From: Octopus vulgaris
Lineage: Eukaryota
Assembly: GCA_951406725.2 (NCBI GenBank)
Contig: OX597815.1
Coordinates: forward strand, 168,578,001-168,642,000
Reading direction: 5' to 3'
Length of the DNA stretch: 64,000 nucleotides
Made by a program: the position numbers and the translations under genes. Positions within the stretch are counted from its first letter, which is position 1. Each line of letters begins with the position of its first letter. Below the pieces are notes generated by a model. The model searched no databases and was not told the DNA's origin. It saw only the letters and a list, made by a program, of their open reading frames with translations. Positions 50,701-63,942 of the stretch are shown here, one piece after another.

Positions 50701-51872
50701 AATGCAAAATGAATCAGTAAGCCTTTGTTCTGATTGTGATTAAGGCTAAATACCAAAAGATGCACTATTCTAGATGCATACAATTCTGGAGAGTTTTTTT
50801 TTTTTATGAAAAGTAGGTAAATATCTTTTAATAGATAAATACTTCTTAGCTGAATGGTTTCAGTCTGCTGATGGGGGTGGAACTGGGGTGAGCAGATTCA
50901 GTCTTATGAACCAGTTTAGCTAAAACTTTACAACCACTTAAAAAAGACCTTGAAAACGACAACCAAAATGTTTTCTTACTAAATATAACAGGCAATATGT
51001 TAATCTTCACTGCTTTTCCTACATACTATCGAAAGTGAAAAGACTTGACATTAGCTATTGATAGTTAATGTCAACAAGAGTCTTTCTTCTCGGATTTCTT
51101 ACAGTTCACTTAACAATCCTAATATTTGATTTTTAGTTATAAAAGTTCTTTTTATAGTAGTACTGCATATTTTTTTCATTGAGAATAATTGATTTAAATA
51201 GTATTGATATTACCTGAAGATACATTTGAGCACTCAGCTACCAATGGAATTGTAGGGGTGCTGCTGTGACACAATGCACTCTTATCCATCTGTTGCAGCT
51301 AGCTGAATGCCAGGGCTCAAGTCTCCGTCAATGATTTGTTCAACCATTCTTTAAGCCTCTGCAATGAGAGCCTCCATTCTTTAAGCCTCTGCAATGTGTG
51401 ACAGGAAAGTGAAGGCTTGCACCTGAAGGATTTATACCATTTACTTGCTTCATTATTATACTGAATAACTAGGTTAGAAAGATGAATTAACTTGAATGGA
51501 CTTGAATGAGCAAAGGATTAACAATTTTAAACTTTTAGAAGCTTGGCTTTAAGCTACTGAAAATCTCTGGTAATATCTTGAAGGGATTAATAACTTAAAC
51601 TATTGGAGAATAACAAAGAAAAGTATAATTATTTTGAAATTTCTTCTTATAATTAATACAGAAGAAACTATTTAAAAAATAGATGTAATTCATTGCTTGG
51701 TGGCAGAATATGCATATTAGATTTCTTGGTCTATCATTGTTTTGATGACAAGATGTTTCACCATACTTCTACTTTCTATGTTGGCATGAGTTAGGCTGTT
51801 TAACAGGATCCAGTTGGTTGGCAGTATAATATATATATACACACACACACACACATAGATTTATATATATAT

Positions 51873-51905
<33 letters not shown>

Positions 51906-51943
51906 CACAGATTTATATACATATATATATACACACATATATC

Positions 51944-51978
<35 letters not shown>

Positions 51979-52005
51979 GCACATATATATACATACACAT
52001 ACATT

Positions 52006-52044
<39 letters not shown>

Positions 52045-54511
52045 TATATATATATATATATAATTTAGTATGCATTTAAATATAACAGTAACATCAATAC
52101 TAGTTTCTGGATTGTTTCCTGCTTTTTCATTTGTTTGTGGCAAGCCAAAATGCCAAATCTAAATTTGCAAGCAGTATCGTAACTTTTTTTTTTGTGTTAT
52201 CATTGCTGACTTATATGTCATGTTGCATGACCAAACCCATAGTAAAGCTTAGATTTTTCTCCAATATTCTTTTGGAATTCTAATATTTTCTAATTCTTAC
52301 AATATATTTTAGTATAATTATTGAAGAATATTTTACTTACCCTTCTCTAATTCTCTTCTTGAAAAAGAGAAAACTTGAGAATGTTAACTGATATATTTTT
52401 TTTAATAGGATTTTCAAAGCAATTGTGCTTACATTGTTGTAATGATTAAAAAGCCTTATATTATTAATCATTTATTACTTGGATATATGAAGAATATAAT
52501 TCTACTGATGCTAGATGCTGCTCTAAGATAATGTTTTAAGAAGTATTTACTGTACAAGAGTTTGTTTTGTGTGTTTTGAGTATCTTGTTTTTCCATGAGA
52601 AAAGTCAATGATTCAGACATTAACGTGCTTAGTTTTAAATCTGTGTTGTCAAGTGTATACTTAGAATTGTGAAATATTCATAAAATGAATTCGAAGGAGT
52701 TTGACTCTCAAGTTGTGAGGCTTCATTTTAAATACCTTTGTTTTGAAGAATATGTACTGTGTATGAGTAACTAGATTTCAGTTAACATTAAATAATAATT
52801 CTTCCTAATTTTGGCACAAGGTCAACTATTTTGAGGAGAGAGGCAACTCGATTACATAAACCCTAGTAATTTATCAACCACAAAAGGATGAAAGTTAGTT
52901 TTAGCAGAATTTGAACTCTAAATGTAGAGAAAAAATCCCACTAAACATATTGTCCAATGTGCTAAAAATTCTGTATCGCCTTTAGTCGAACAAATCAACC
53001 CCAGGATTTATATATGTTGGGCTTCTTTCAGTTTCCATCAACCAAGTCCACTCACAATGCTTTTGTCGGCCCAAGGCTATAGTAGAAGATACTTGCCCAT
53101 GGTGCCATGTAATGGGACTAAACTTGGAATCATGTAGTTGGGAAGCAAGCTTCTTACCACACAGCCATACATATATATATATTCTTTGCTAATATACAAC
53201 AGTAAAAGATTGAAAACTGCTGCTTTTTAATTGAAAGTCCTTTGAAGTATTTTTTCTTCATTGTTGTCACTTTTGTCATCAGATGTATAATAAAACAGTA
53301 GTTGACCCATTGGAAACCTGTGATTCACCAATTACAAAATGTGAATAAATAGGATGCAACATTTAGTTTCATACTCTATTGTCGTACTGTCTCCTTCATA
53401 GTAATTACAAAAACTATAGATTTAAAAGAGAGAGAAAAAACAAACCTGTTTCAGGATTAGTCAAACAAGTATTAAATCACATCTTAGATATTTAAAGATA
53501 TATGACAACAATTATTTACAGAATATCCAGTCAAGTGCAGGTCAGATGCTTGCAACAACTAGACAAGACATTCTCTTGCTATAACATAACTTATTTTGGC
53601 TCCTGAAGAAGAGGGTAAGCTGGAATGATATTGGTGAGAAAAAGGTTAGTTAATTACAGAAGAAAAGCATAGCTAGGTACACAGGAAGAGTGATTTTCAA
53701 GTACATGCATTCCATCATTTGATAAAAGTGCACAATATTAAAAAATACAACTGTGACTTAACACTGCTAGACTCTATAGAAAATAATGAACTTAACTCTT
53801 CTCTCCTAGCTTTCCACTGAGCCTTGTTGTGTTTTCCAGCAAATAGCCTTCAAATTTGAAAATGGTTTTAAATCATTTGTTAGATGGATGACAAATAGAA
53901 TTAGATGCACAAAAAACTCTTTACGCTAATCATTACCATCATGTCTATTTTTCCACACTAGTATGGAATTGAACTAACAAAATAATCACCGTTACCATTT
54001 TACCACTTCAATCATAAGAGGTCTCATGAAATTCAGTCAACTTTTTCAAGTAGAGGGGGGGAGGGGGTCACTGTTGTTTTGCTTCATTAGAATTTAGTGA
54101 TTACTGTTTGTTGATTAGTATAAAAGTTTAGATGCTTAATGTCAACCTAGATTTATAATAAAACCAATTGCATTGAGTGCTAACTTAAATGAGTATAATT
54201 AAATTAGAAACAAAATCAATGTAACTATAGGAAAAGTGGATTAAATATTGTGAAATGAACATTCCCAACTGCATGGCACTATAACACAGAGCTGGCCAGA
54301 GTCTTGTGAGTGAATTTGGTAGATGGAAACTGAAAGAAGCCTGTCATATATTCTTTTTAAACAAGAATGTTGTTGTCAGAGATTTCAAAGTTTTGACCAG
54401 CTAAGCCATCAATGGATGACAGCTTATCTGACTGTAAACTTCAAGGTTACTTTAACAACATTCTTGTTTTAGATTAATAAATTTGTATTCAACAAAAGTA
54501 TAGAGTAACCC

Positions 54512-55571
54512 ATCAGATTTCGGAGGAGTTTGTAGTGAAAGTTGGTGTGCATCAGGGATCTGCGTTGTCACCGTTGTTGTTTGCAATAGTGGTTGATGTG
54601 GTGACAGAGAGTGCAAGAGAGGGATTGATAATGGAGATAATGTATGACCTTGCTCTGATGTGTGAGACAATGGAGGGATTGAGGGAGAAGTTTTGGAAAT
54701 GGAAGGAGGCGTTTGAAGGTAAACCTCAGGAAAACAAAGGTGATGGTAAGCGGGGTGGAAGGAGAAGTGTTAGTGCGCAAGGTGAATCCATGTGGTGTAT
54801 GTGGGAGGAGGATAATGGTAAATGCAGTGTTTATGAGATGTGAGAAATGGATTCATGGTAGATATACGAAAATAAAGAAGGTGATCCCAAGACTGGTGAG
54901 AGAGTTTGTTTGTGGAAGATGTGAGAAAGGAGCAGGAGGGCTGGCAGAACCCGTGGAAACGGTGAGAGGGTTTTGTTATTTGGGAAATAGCGTGGATGTG
55001 AAGCAGCTGTGACAGCAAGAGCGAGACTTGGCTGGGTGAAGTTCAGTGAATATGGAGCATTATATGGGAAAAGGTTCTCATTAAAGATGAAAGGAAGGGT
55101 CTATAAGAGTTGTGTGAGGGCTGCAATGCTGTATGGGAGTGAGACATGGTGTCTGAGGGAGAGAGAGATGGTAATTTTGAGGACTGAGAGAGCAATGGTG
55201 AGAGAAATGTGTGGGGTGAAGCTGTTTGATAGGAGGACTGAGGATTTGATGGCGATGCTGGGGTTGGAGGGATCAGTGGAATGGCTGGCAAGGGCGAATG
55301 GAGTGAGGTGGTATGGGCATGTGTTGAGGAGGGATATAAAGAGCATGTTCTAAGGAGGGTGACTGCATTTGAGGTAAATGGAGCGCGAGAGTGAGGTAGA
55401 CCAAGGAGAAGGTGAAGGAGGAGATTGGGAGGGTTAGTTTGAAAAAGGAGGATGCCCAAAACCTGTGCGAGATGGTGTGAGGGCGGTTGCTATGGCATTG
55501 AGGTAGATCTGGCCACCTCCATTTACCGGGACAAAACTCGGATTTAAAACACTAAATGACTGACTGACTGA
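54512..55571 (+). mobile_element. 5'-truncated RTE-clade LINE in intron 1
   Basis: VGVHQGSALSPLLFAIVVD, KVNLRKTKVM, FCYLG, KGRVYKSCVRAAMLYGSETW, RWYGHVLRR; (TGAC)n tail; frameshifted. Confidence 0.9.
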
Positions 55572-55949
55572 ACGTAAAAACACAATGTGTGTGTGTGAGT
55601 GAATGTATGTTTGTCTCCTTGCCTTGATATTATATGATATCTGTAAATGGGTGTCACTGTCATACAAGCAGCATCATATCTATTTTTCTGCAAAAACATG
55701 TCAAGCAATGGGGAAATATGTTACCTTGCTTAGAAATGAGGGTTGACTACCACAAGGTAGAAAATCTGCCTCAACAAAACTCTGTCAAACTCATGCAAAA
55801 GCATAGAAAAATGGACTTCAAAATAGTGATGAAACATTCTTGGATTCAATGTTATTTGCCAAGCTGATGGTTGAATTATCAAACTGCCTATCATAATAAT
55901 CTGTAAAAATATCCACTGAATCCTTCATAGACTTTTATAGTTACATATA

Positions 55950-56273
55950 TATGTTGCCTTACTGGCATGTGCAAAAATCATTCGAGCGAGGTCGTTGCCA
56001 GTACTGCCGGACTGGCTCCTGTGTGGGTGGCACATAAAAAACACCATTTGAGCGTGGCCGTTGCCAGTACTGCCTGACTGGCCCTCGTGCTGGTGGCATG
56101 TAAAAGCATCCACTACACTCTCGGAGTGGTTGGCGTTAGGAAGGGCATCTAGCTGTAGAAACTCTGCCAGATAAGATTGGAGCCTGGTGCAGCCATCTGG
56201 TTCGCCAGTCCTCAGTCAAATCATCCAACCCATGCTAGCATGGAAAGTGGACGTTAAACGATGATGATGATGA
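55950..56273 (+). mobile_element. Short retroposon (family D) ending CCAACCCATGCTAGCATGGAAAG.GGACGTTAAACGATGATGAT
   Basis: Related copies at about 18580-18780(+), 22515-22745(-), 35960-36242(+), 38250-38535(-) and 42172-42288(-). Confidence 0.8.
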
Positions 56274-57301
56274 TATATGTATATTTACAGGATATTGATA
56301 AAGATAAATATACTTGTATGGTAAACTTAGTTTTGGGGAATTCAAGAAGAAAAAAAAATACTAAGGAAGAATGTTAAAGTAAAAATCTTGAAATAGATAT
56401 GTTCAAATTTATTTAAGAATCCAATATTGAATATGCATTGGTTAAATATGGGTTTCAAATTTTGGCATAAGGCTAGCAATTTCAATTACATCAATCCCCA
56501 GTGTTCAACTGGTAATTATAAGGATGGAAGGCAAAGTTTGAATTCAGAACGTAAAGACGGATGAAATGCTGCTAAGCATTTTGCCTGGTGTGCTAACAAT
56601 TCTGCCAGTTCGTTGCCTTGCATTGGTTAAGTATTGTGACCTGTTTATGTAATTAAGCACAACTGATGTGGACAGGAAGGAAGGTCCTTTTCCTTGAGAT
56701 TAGTCATGTTCTGTAGCTATTATTAAATAAGCATTTACTGTTAAAATAAATGCCGCAGATACATATGAAAATAATCATAAATGTAACTTTTTTTTAAAAA
56801 ATGTCTTATGGCTGTGTGGTAAGAAGCTTGCTTTCCTACCACATGGTTCCTGGTTCAGTCCCATTGAGTGGCACCTCAGGCATGCTATAACCCTAGATCG
56901 ACCAAAGCCTTGTAAGTTGATTTGGTAAGCAGAAACTGAAAGAAGCCCATCATATATGTGCGTTTGTGTTTATCCCCCTTCACCACTTGGCAACTGGTGT
57001 TGGTTTGTTTACATTCCCATAATCTAGCTGTTTAGCAAAAAATAACTGATAGAATAAGTACTGGGATCAATTTGTTCAACTAAACCCTTCAAGGGGTTGT
57101 CCCAGTGAATGGTTGCAATCAAGTGACTGAAACGAGAAAAAAAATATATGGTATAAAAATTTTTTTTTATGTAATGTGTTAAAAGAAAAGCAGTTGTCTC
57201 TCTTTTGCCTAAATAATTTTCAATGAAAAGAACATTTTTCATCATAATTTTTTAAATGTTTAAATATATTTTTTTTTAATTTTTCAGGTTTTTAATTGAA
57301 A

Positions 57302-58027
57302 ATGAGTTATCGCTCTAGTTCTAGTAATCGTACTTCTAGTGGAAGAAATAGAAGTGGGAGGTCATCTCTTGGATCCCACTCTAACCGAAGACTTAGTGGG
57401 GGTCAAGGGGGATATGGAATACTTGGAAGTGCTCCCCCTATGCCTGGTATGAATAATATGTGTTCTGGAATGAACAATATGGGTGGCGGCGGCGGAGGGG
57501 GTGGTGGTGGCATGGGCGGTGGTGGTGGTGGAATGGGCGGCGGTGGTGGCATGGGTGGTGGCGGTGGCATGGGTGGTGGTATGGGCGGTGTGGGTGGGGG
57601 GATGGGTGGTATGGGCAATATGGGTGGTGGCATGGGTGGGGGTATGAATATGTCACCCAACATGAATAATAACATGGGCATGGGGAATTACGGGGGTGGG
57701 ATGATGTCTCCGAATTCTAACATGGGTATGGGAAATATGATGGGATCCGGTGGTGGGATGATGATGCAACAACAACAAAACATGGGGGTGCAACAACAAG
57801 CTATGCGAGAAACTCAGTTAGCTTTGGTCAATACATTACTGAAAGGTTCGATGATTGGTTCAGGTGGTAGAAGTAGAAATCTTCCTGATGGTGGAATGGG
57901 GCTGGGTATGTTGGGTTCTTCTGGGCCGTTACCTTCATTGCTGGATATCAAAACAAGTGGAATTAAACGACGTTCTGGATCTGATGGTATGTCAAACATC
58001 GTCAAAAGAATGAAGAAGGATTCTGAT
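57302..58027 (+). CDS. First coding exon (242 codons) of a Gly/Met-rich low-complexity nuclear protein, Pep/AKAP95/ZNF326-like
   Basis: Acceptor TTTTCAG| at 57287, ATG 57302 in AAAATGA context, donor GAT|GTGAGT after 58027 (phase 0). Motifs GGMNMSP, QLALVNTLL and LPSLLDI occur in the same order as remembered in Drosophila Pep (GGMNMSP, AINLANNLL, PPSLLDL). Bipartite NLS-like KRR..KRMKK. The exon is well supported; the family call is tentative because no zinc finger lies in the window. Confidence 0.85.
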
Positions 58028-61000
58028 GTGAGTTTTCATTTTTATATTTTCTGTTATAGTTTAGCTGCATCACAAATACATTATTTTGCCCCATAATTTT
58101 GTCAGTCTGATATGATAACGTCGAGTTAAAGTTGTATTTTTAAAAAAAAATGTTGTTTGAAGTCTAAAATAATTGTTTTGTGTAAGGTAGCTGATGGCTT
58201 TCTGATACTATTACTAAAATAATTTATTTGCTTACGAGATGAACATGTAACTTCATAGCTGTTCTCAAACATTTATGAATAGTTTGCTTATTGAATTTCT
58301 CACATGAAAAAAATAATTGGTTTTGGAAGAGTATGAGAATTTAGACTATTGTAAGAAATAAAGTTACTTTTCACAGAATAATTATTTGCAATTAATTACG
58401 TATGAAACAAATAATTGGTTTGAAAATAGTTTATTGGGTAAGAAGAGAGGTTTTTTTTTGTTAGAGAGAGAGATTAAACTAACCGCGTTGTAGTAATCTT
58501 AGGAACTCCTTTTATGAAAACTACTTGAATGATTTGTAATTGTTTATTACTATTTGTGAAGAAATCCTTGGTGCTTTTGTCAAATAATGTCTGCAAACCT
58601 TTGAGTTGAAAGGAAATGTTAAGATTTAAGATTGTCACAGTAGTTGCAGGAACTAATGACAACAAAGAAATATTAATTATTCTTAAATTGATGAAATGAG
58701 TGGAGCAAATTAAACAGGTTTTATTTCTCCTGAGTGGAAAAACATACCAGTTGTTTAACACCAAGCCAGCTATGATTGAGTGTATCAAAGTTGCCTGACC
58801 TAGCAGATAGGCTGTTGGCTTTATGATCATTTGGTTTTTGTGCAAAGCATTTTGTTCCAGTCTCCCTCTGTTGAGTGGTGCTTCATAGACTATTTAGCCC
58901 AAATTCTTGTAAATAGAAAATGTTAATGGCACACTAGATGTAATGATGAGAATCAAAAGTGTGTTCTTGTCACAAACATTCCATTTTTTTTTTGTCTTTC
59001 TCCCAGACATTTTAATATCTTATGTGCCCTTTTTTCTTTCTAAGATGGTAAGGAGTGATAAGCAAGCAAGACTGACTTTCTTGTTAGATGAAATCAGCAC
59101 CAATTGTGTATTACAGTTAATTTAATAGACTGCCATATCTGTTTATTTCTCAGACCACTATAAAGAAATTTAAGTTGGAAAGTCATTATTTTTGACACAA
59201 TAGCAATGAAAAATAGTAATTACTGTGAAAATGATTTTCTTATTGAAATGTTAAATTTTGACATCATACTGACTGCTCCTATACTTTTTCTGATTTTACA
59301 ATATTAAACAATTTAGTTTCATAAAAAGTTACATAAGCAAGCATATTAAGAACTTAATTAATAGGTAGTTACTAAATAAATACTTTGCTTAATTATATAT
59401 TAGTTTTTCATTTTAAACATTTGACTAAAAATATAAATTATTTCAGTCTTCCATTTGATTATATGTGCATTGCCATACAAACAGTGTTCATATAGCAATG
59501 CACTTTTTTAAAATTGTGCACATGCACACAACCAAGAACTCTATTCAATTGTTATTTTGAAATTTAAAAAAAAAAAAATTAAAATAATAAATTAGTTGAT
59601 AACATTAACCGAAACTGAGCCTTTAAAGAAAAGAAAACAATTTATATTATTGAGCTATATGTTACTGACATAAAATGTTATTGCTATAATTCTTTGCTTA
59701 TTGTTTTAATTTCATAAATGGCATATTTTATTGCCTGTATCCTATTGAAAACGTGTTTTTTACAGATTTCCTGAGAGTTAGGGAATGATAAAAAATATTA
59801 TTTTTCTTCCATGAAATTCCTGTGAATTGTATTGAGCAAGAATAACATTTTTTTTTTCCTTTAGTTCATCTTTAAATCAGTACATTTGTCTGACTGAAAT
59901 ATGAAATACATAGAAAATGTTGCAAAAATTATACAGCCAAAGGATTATCCATATAAAATTTTCAAATGTTTTTGTGCTTTGTTTAAATTTATATATTTTT
60001 ATTTGTAATTTGAATTATTTTTAGATGTTTGAAGGAATTGTTTGCCCTTATTTATTTTTCATTTGTAGAAATGTGGGGCTATTAAAACTATTAAACAAAC
60101 CTGAAGATTATTTTGAACTTTTACATAAATCTATACAATTAAATTGATAACTGTTTTTCTCTCATCTGTATATTATGAATTTTTTGATAGTTGAAATGGC
60201 ATGAAATATTCAATAGTTTTTTCCTCTATTTCAAATAAATGATATATATAAAGTATAAGTTTTATACTTCATGTAAAAAACAAAAAATTCTAATATTCCT
60301 ATAAATTTATTTTAATATTTAGCTTATCTTTTTTAGGTAATTTTTATATTTAAAATTTTTGAGAACATTTTGGAAAAAAAGTCATTTGTATGCCCCAAGA
60401 AATAGATCTAATTTAAATGAGTGAAGAACATACTGGAATTTAGAACAGCTTCTGTTTGTTGGTATCATGTAACCCAGTACAATTTGTCTCCTGGTTGGGT
60501 GGTTGCTAACATGACTGCACTTCCCCTGCACCCAGTTTACTGGATGAGGAAGTTGTGTGAACATCCCAGCAGGATTTAAAATAAATCTCATCAAAGGGCA
60601 GGAGAAGCTCTCAGAAAAGCTAACAACCAACTAAATCTTTAAAAGAGATAGGTGCTACTGAATTATTTGACTGTTGCTTTTCACCTCTGACCTACTTGGG
60701 GCTATAAATTTTGGATGTGTTGAATAAAATTGAAATGATAATTTTTTTTTGTGATAATTGATATTCCTAGCTTACTGCAGTAGAATTAAACAGAGCATAT
60801 TTGGAATGTTATAGTAAGAGAGCTAGCTAGCATAAGTTGATTGTTAGAGGAAGTAGCCAAAATTTGGGCTTTAAAAAAAAGCTCTTAATTATTTAATGCT
60901 AATACAAATATTTAAATATGCACTCAAATACTTGTTTCTTTCCTACTATGTTAATAGACAACTAGTTATTTAGAATTCTGTATATAATAATTTAAGGCTT

Positions 61001-62557
61001 TATATAGTATTAAATGGAATTTATCATTAGGATAAGATTTCTGGAGACATAAAAATAAAGAAAATATTTTCTTCTTCCTTAAAACATCTTTATACTTCAC
61101 TTAAAAAGATATTTTATATTTTTCGAAAATACTTATTGGAATAGCATTTCAAATACAAAGTTTGATTGCAGAAATTATCCAATTCTCTAAGAAGAAAGTT
61201 ACATTTAAAAGTAATTTTGTTTCAAAATCTATTCTACATTGGCTGTGAAATATTAGGACCCTTCCAGATAAATAGTTCTATTTGTGCCTTACCAGTTTTG
61301 CCAGAGATTATCTAAAAACATGTTGAATAATAACCTCTATTATTAACTATTCATTTTGGAAAGTTAATGTTAAACAAGTTCTAAAATATGTGTATAAAAC
61401 TCTATATTGTATATATGTTAGTTCTTGCATACAAACCGCTTATGCACCAAACACTTACAAACAATATTTAGTCAATTTCATCTTTTCTGTTTTTTTAATA
61501 TTCTAGTTTTTTTTTTTTTTACATATAAAGTTTAATAAAATGTTATTTAAGGTAAGTTTTTCTAATGTCTGTTTACAAATAGTAATTTTCTAAAGATTAT
61601 TATCAATCAACAAAATAGATATTTAAAAAAATATAAGAATCTTTTCAAACAGTTTAAAACAGTGTATTTTCAGTACATTATTTCAACTCACTCACATTTT
61701 TAATGAAAGGAAAATTGCCCAGCTTTCATTTACTTTATTTTCATTTTTTATGACAATCTTGTGTCATTACATTTTTATGACGCAATTTTCATTTCAAATA
61801 GAAACCAGAGAGAGCCACAAACGCAACTCTCCTTCTTGCTTTCATTTTTATCAGTCTTTCCAAAATTATAAGTTTCCTCCTACTTTCATAGATTGCATTT
61901 TCTCCTAATGATTGTGTTTATAAATGTGTACGTCTGAACATTAGAAATATGTAAGACATGTATGTATGTGTTTGAATGTGTGTACATATGCATGCTTCAG
62001 ATTTAATTCCTATCAAGTTGCTTTCATATTTTCAGTTGGTCTGAAAATATTGAATATCCAAAAAAATGAAAGAATAAAAAAATTATTTCCCAATATCCTT
62101 CCTTCTTCTGCTCATATCTCAATAATTTCATTCTCAGTGATTCAACTCTGGCTGTTTCTTAAGTCAAGGATGTTACCAAGCAATGTAACATTGATTTTAC
62201 CCACATTCAGATTGTTTTTTTCCAAATTTAAAAAATGCATTCATTGTTTCCATTGTTTCTGGTATGGAATATATTGAAGAAAAAAGAGAGAGAGAGAGTG
62301 AGAGAAGTTTAAAACAGCTCTCCTTTTGTTTTCAACTCATGACTGCATTTTTAAAATGCTATATCTCTCTGCTAGAGTTTCTCTGATTTGATAGCATTTC
62401 ATCTTCAAATAAAAACTCCATCCTCTATTCATTGTTTTAGTGCAATGTGTTTTAACCTATCCACCATGTTCCCTTTCTATCTTTTTGTCTAATGGCTTAT
62501 CTATGGCCGCTTTATTCAACCTTTTCTTAAGACGTTGGCCCCTTGTCATGGTTTCAG

Positions 62558-62705
62558 CGCTCCTCCAGAGGCAAAGACAGGATCATCCGCCCAAATGACA
62601 GGAGAAGGCCACAGGGAAGTACCCCTTCTACTAAAAAACGGGATCAACTCTACTCTCAAGGTCGTAAAGACCAATCTTCCAATAGAAGACAGCGTGATAC
62701 TTCAG
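62558..62705 (+). CDS. Internal coding exon (148 nt, basic R/K/S-rich) of the same gene
   Basis: TTTCAG|CGC start in phase 0 (matches the upstream donor), open frame RSSRGKDRIIRPNDRRRPQ...RRQRDTS, donor CAG|GTAAAG in phase 1. Confidence 0.75.
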
Positions 62706-63942
62706 GTAAAGTAAATAAATGGTTTTTCCTGCTGGCGCCTGCATTGTTGGTCATTTTCCAATGAGCGGTCAGCTACAGATGAAATGTCACTAGCATGTTG
62801 TCTCCGCTGCTTCTCTACCTCTTTTTCTCCCACCCTATTACTATAATTCTCTCTTTCTTTCTCACTCTCTCACTCTGTTTTCTCTCTCTCTTTTTCTCTT
62901 CTGCATATCTCTTTGGCAAGTTTATTTTGGTCTGTTTACAGAGCATCCCACCCAATTTCCTATTGCTTCAAATGACACTCAGGAAGCAAAATGATTCAAT
63001 TTCTGTATTTATTTCCTTCATTTTTCTTACAAGAGCATTTTATACTACCCAGATAATCATTGTCTTTCTACTACTAATTTGGATGGAAGGTGGGACAACT
63101 TTTTCTTGTCAAAATAATGTAATTTTAAGGTCATCACAAACTGAATTCTGGAAAGAAATGAAAAGCCATGGTGATGGTGTATTATTTATGCTTCCTTCCC
63201 TCCATGTCTTTACCAACATCTGCCTCCTTACATTTATTTAACTCATTTAAAGAAATTTTTTTCATAAATCTCTACCCAATTTTTTTTTTCCACTTTTAAT
63301 ACAGTTTTCTAGATTAAAATCTTCACTACATGTTTTCTTTTTTTACCTACTTTTTTTAATGCTTTGGATTTAATTTTTTCGTTTTATAGCCAAACTGTTG
63401 TCACCTGGGTTTTTTTTCTTTTACTAAGATCCATTCTTTATTAAGGTCTGGTAGTAAACACCTAATGACAGACATCAACACAACTCATTGTCTTTCTTTT
63501 TACTTCAGTTTTGTAACTTGGCTTCATGGTAACATCAAGTTTTCACCATTTTAAAAATTTCTTATATATATATATATAGAAAAAATACAGTAAAAAAAAG
63601 TTTCTTTTTTCACCTTTTCCATAGTATTTTAGTGTCCGTTCTAGTACACATGCTTGATAATGTTATCATTTCTCATCACCCCTTTGTCCATTTCTCATAA
63701 CGTGGCAACTTGCAATTTTTATATACACTCATGTACACACAATACACTCGCTCACACAATGCAATCACACATAAGTATTTCCTATTAAGTTCTAAAATTT
63801 CTTTACAGATAAAACATAACCCTCTTCTTTCTAATTTTCATACTTCTTATATATAAAGAAGTATATACTGTGTTTTCTCCAAGGTTTGTATAGGTCAAAA
63901 GGCTTGATATTGCTTTGACAATACAACCATTGACATTTGCAG

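Noticed and set aside
57403-57681. Pro-rich and His-rich antisense ORFs
   Set aside because: Shadows of the Gly/Met-rich plus-strand exon.
58942-59078. Possible C/D snoRNA (ATGATGA ... CTGA)
   Set aside because: No terminal stem or recognisable guide, and it overlaps the splice-site-like signals.
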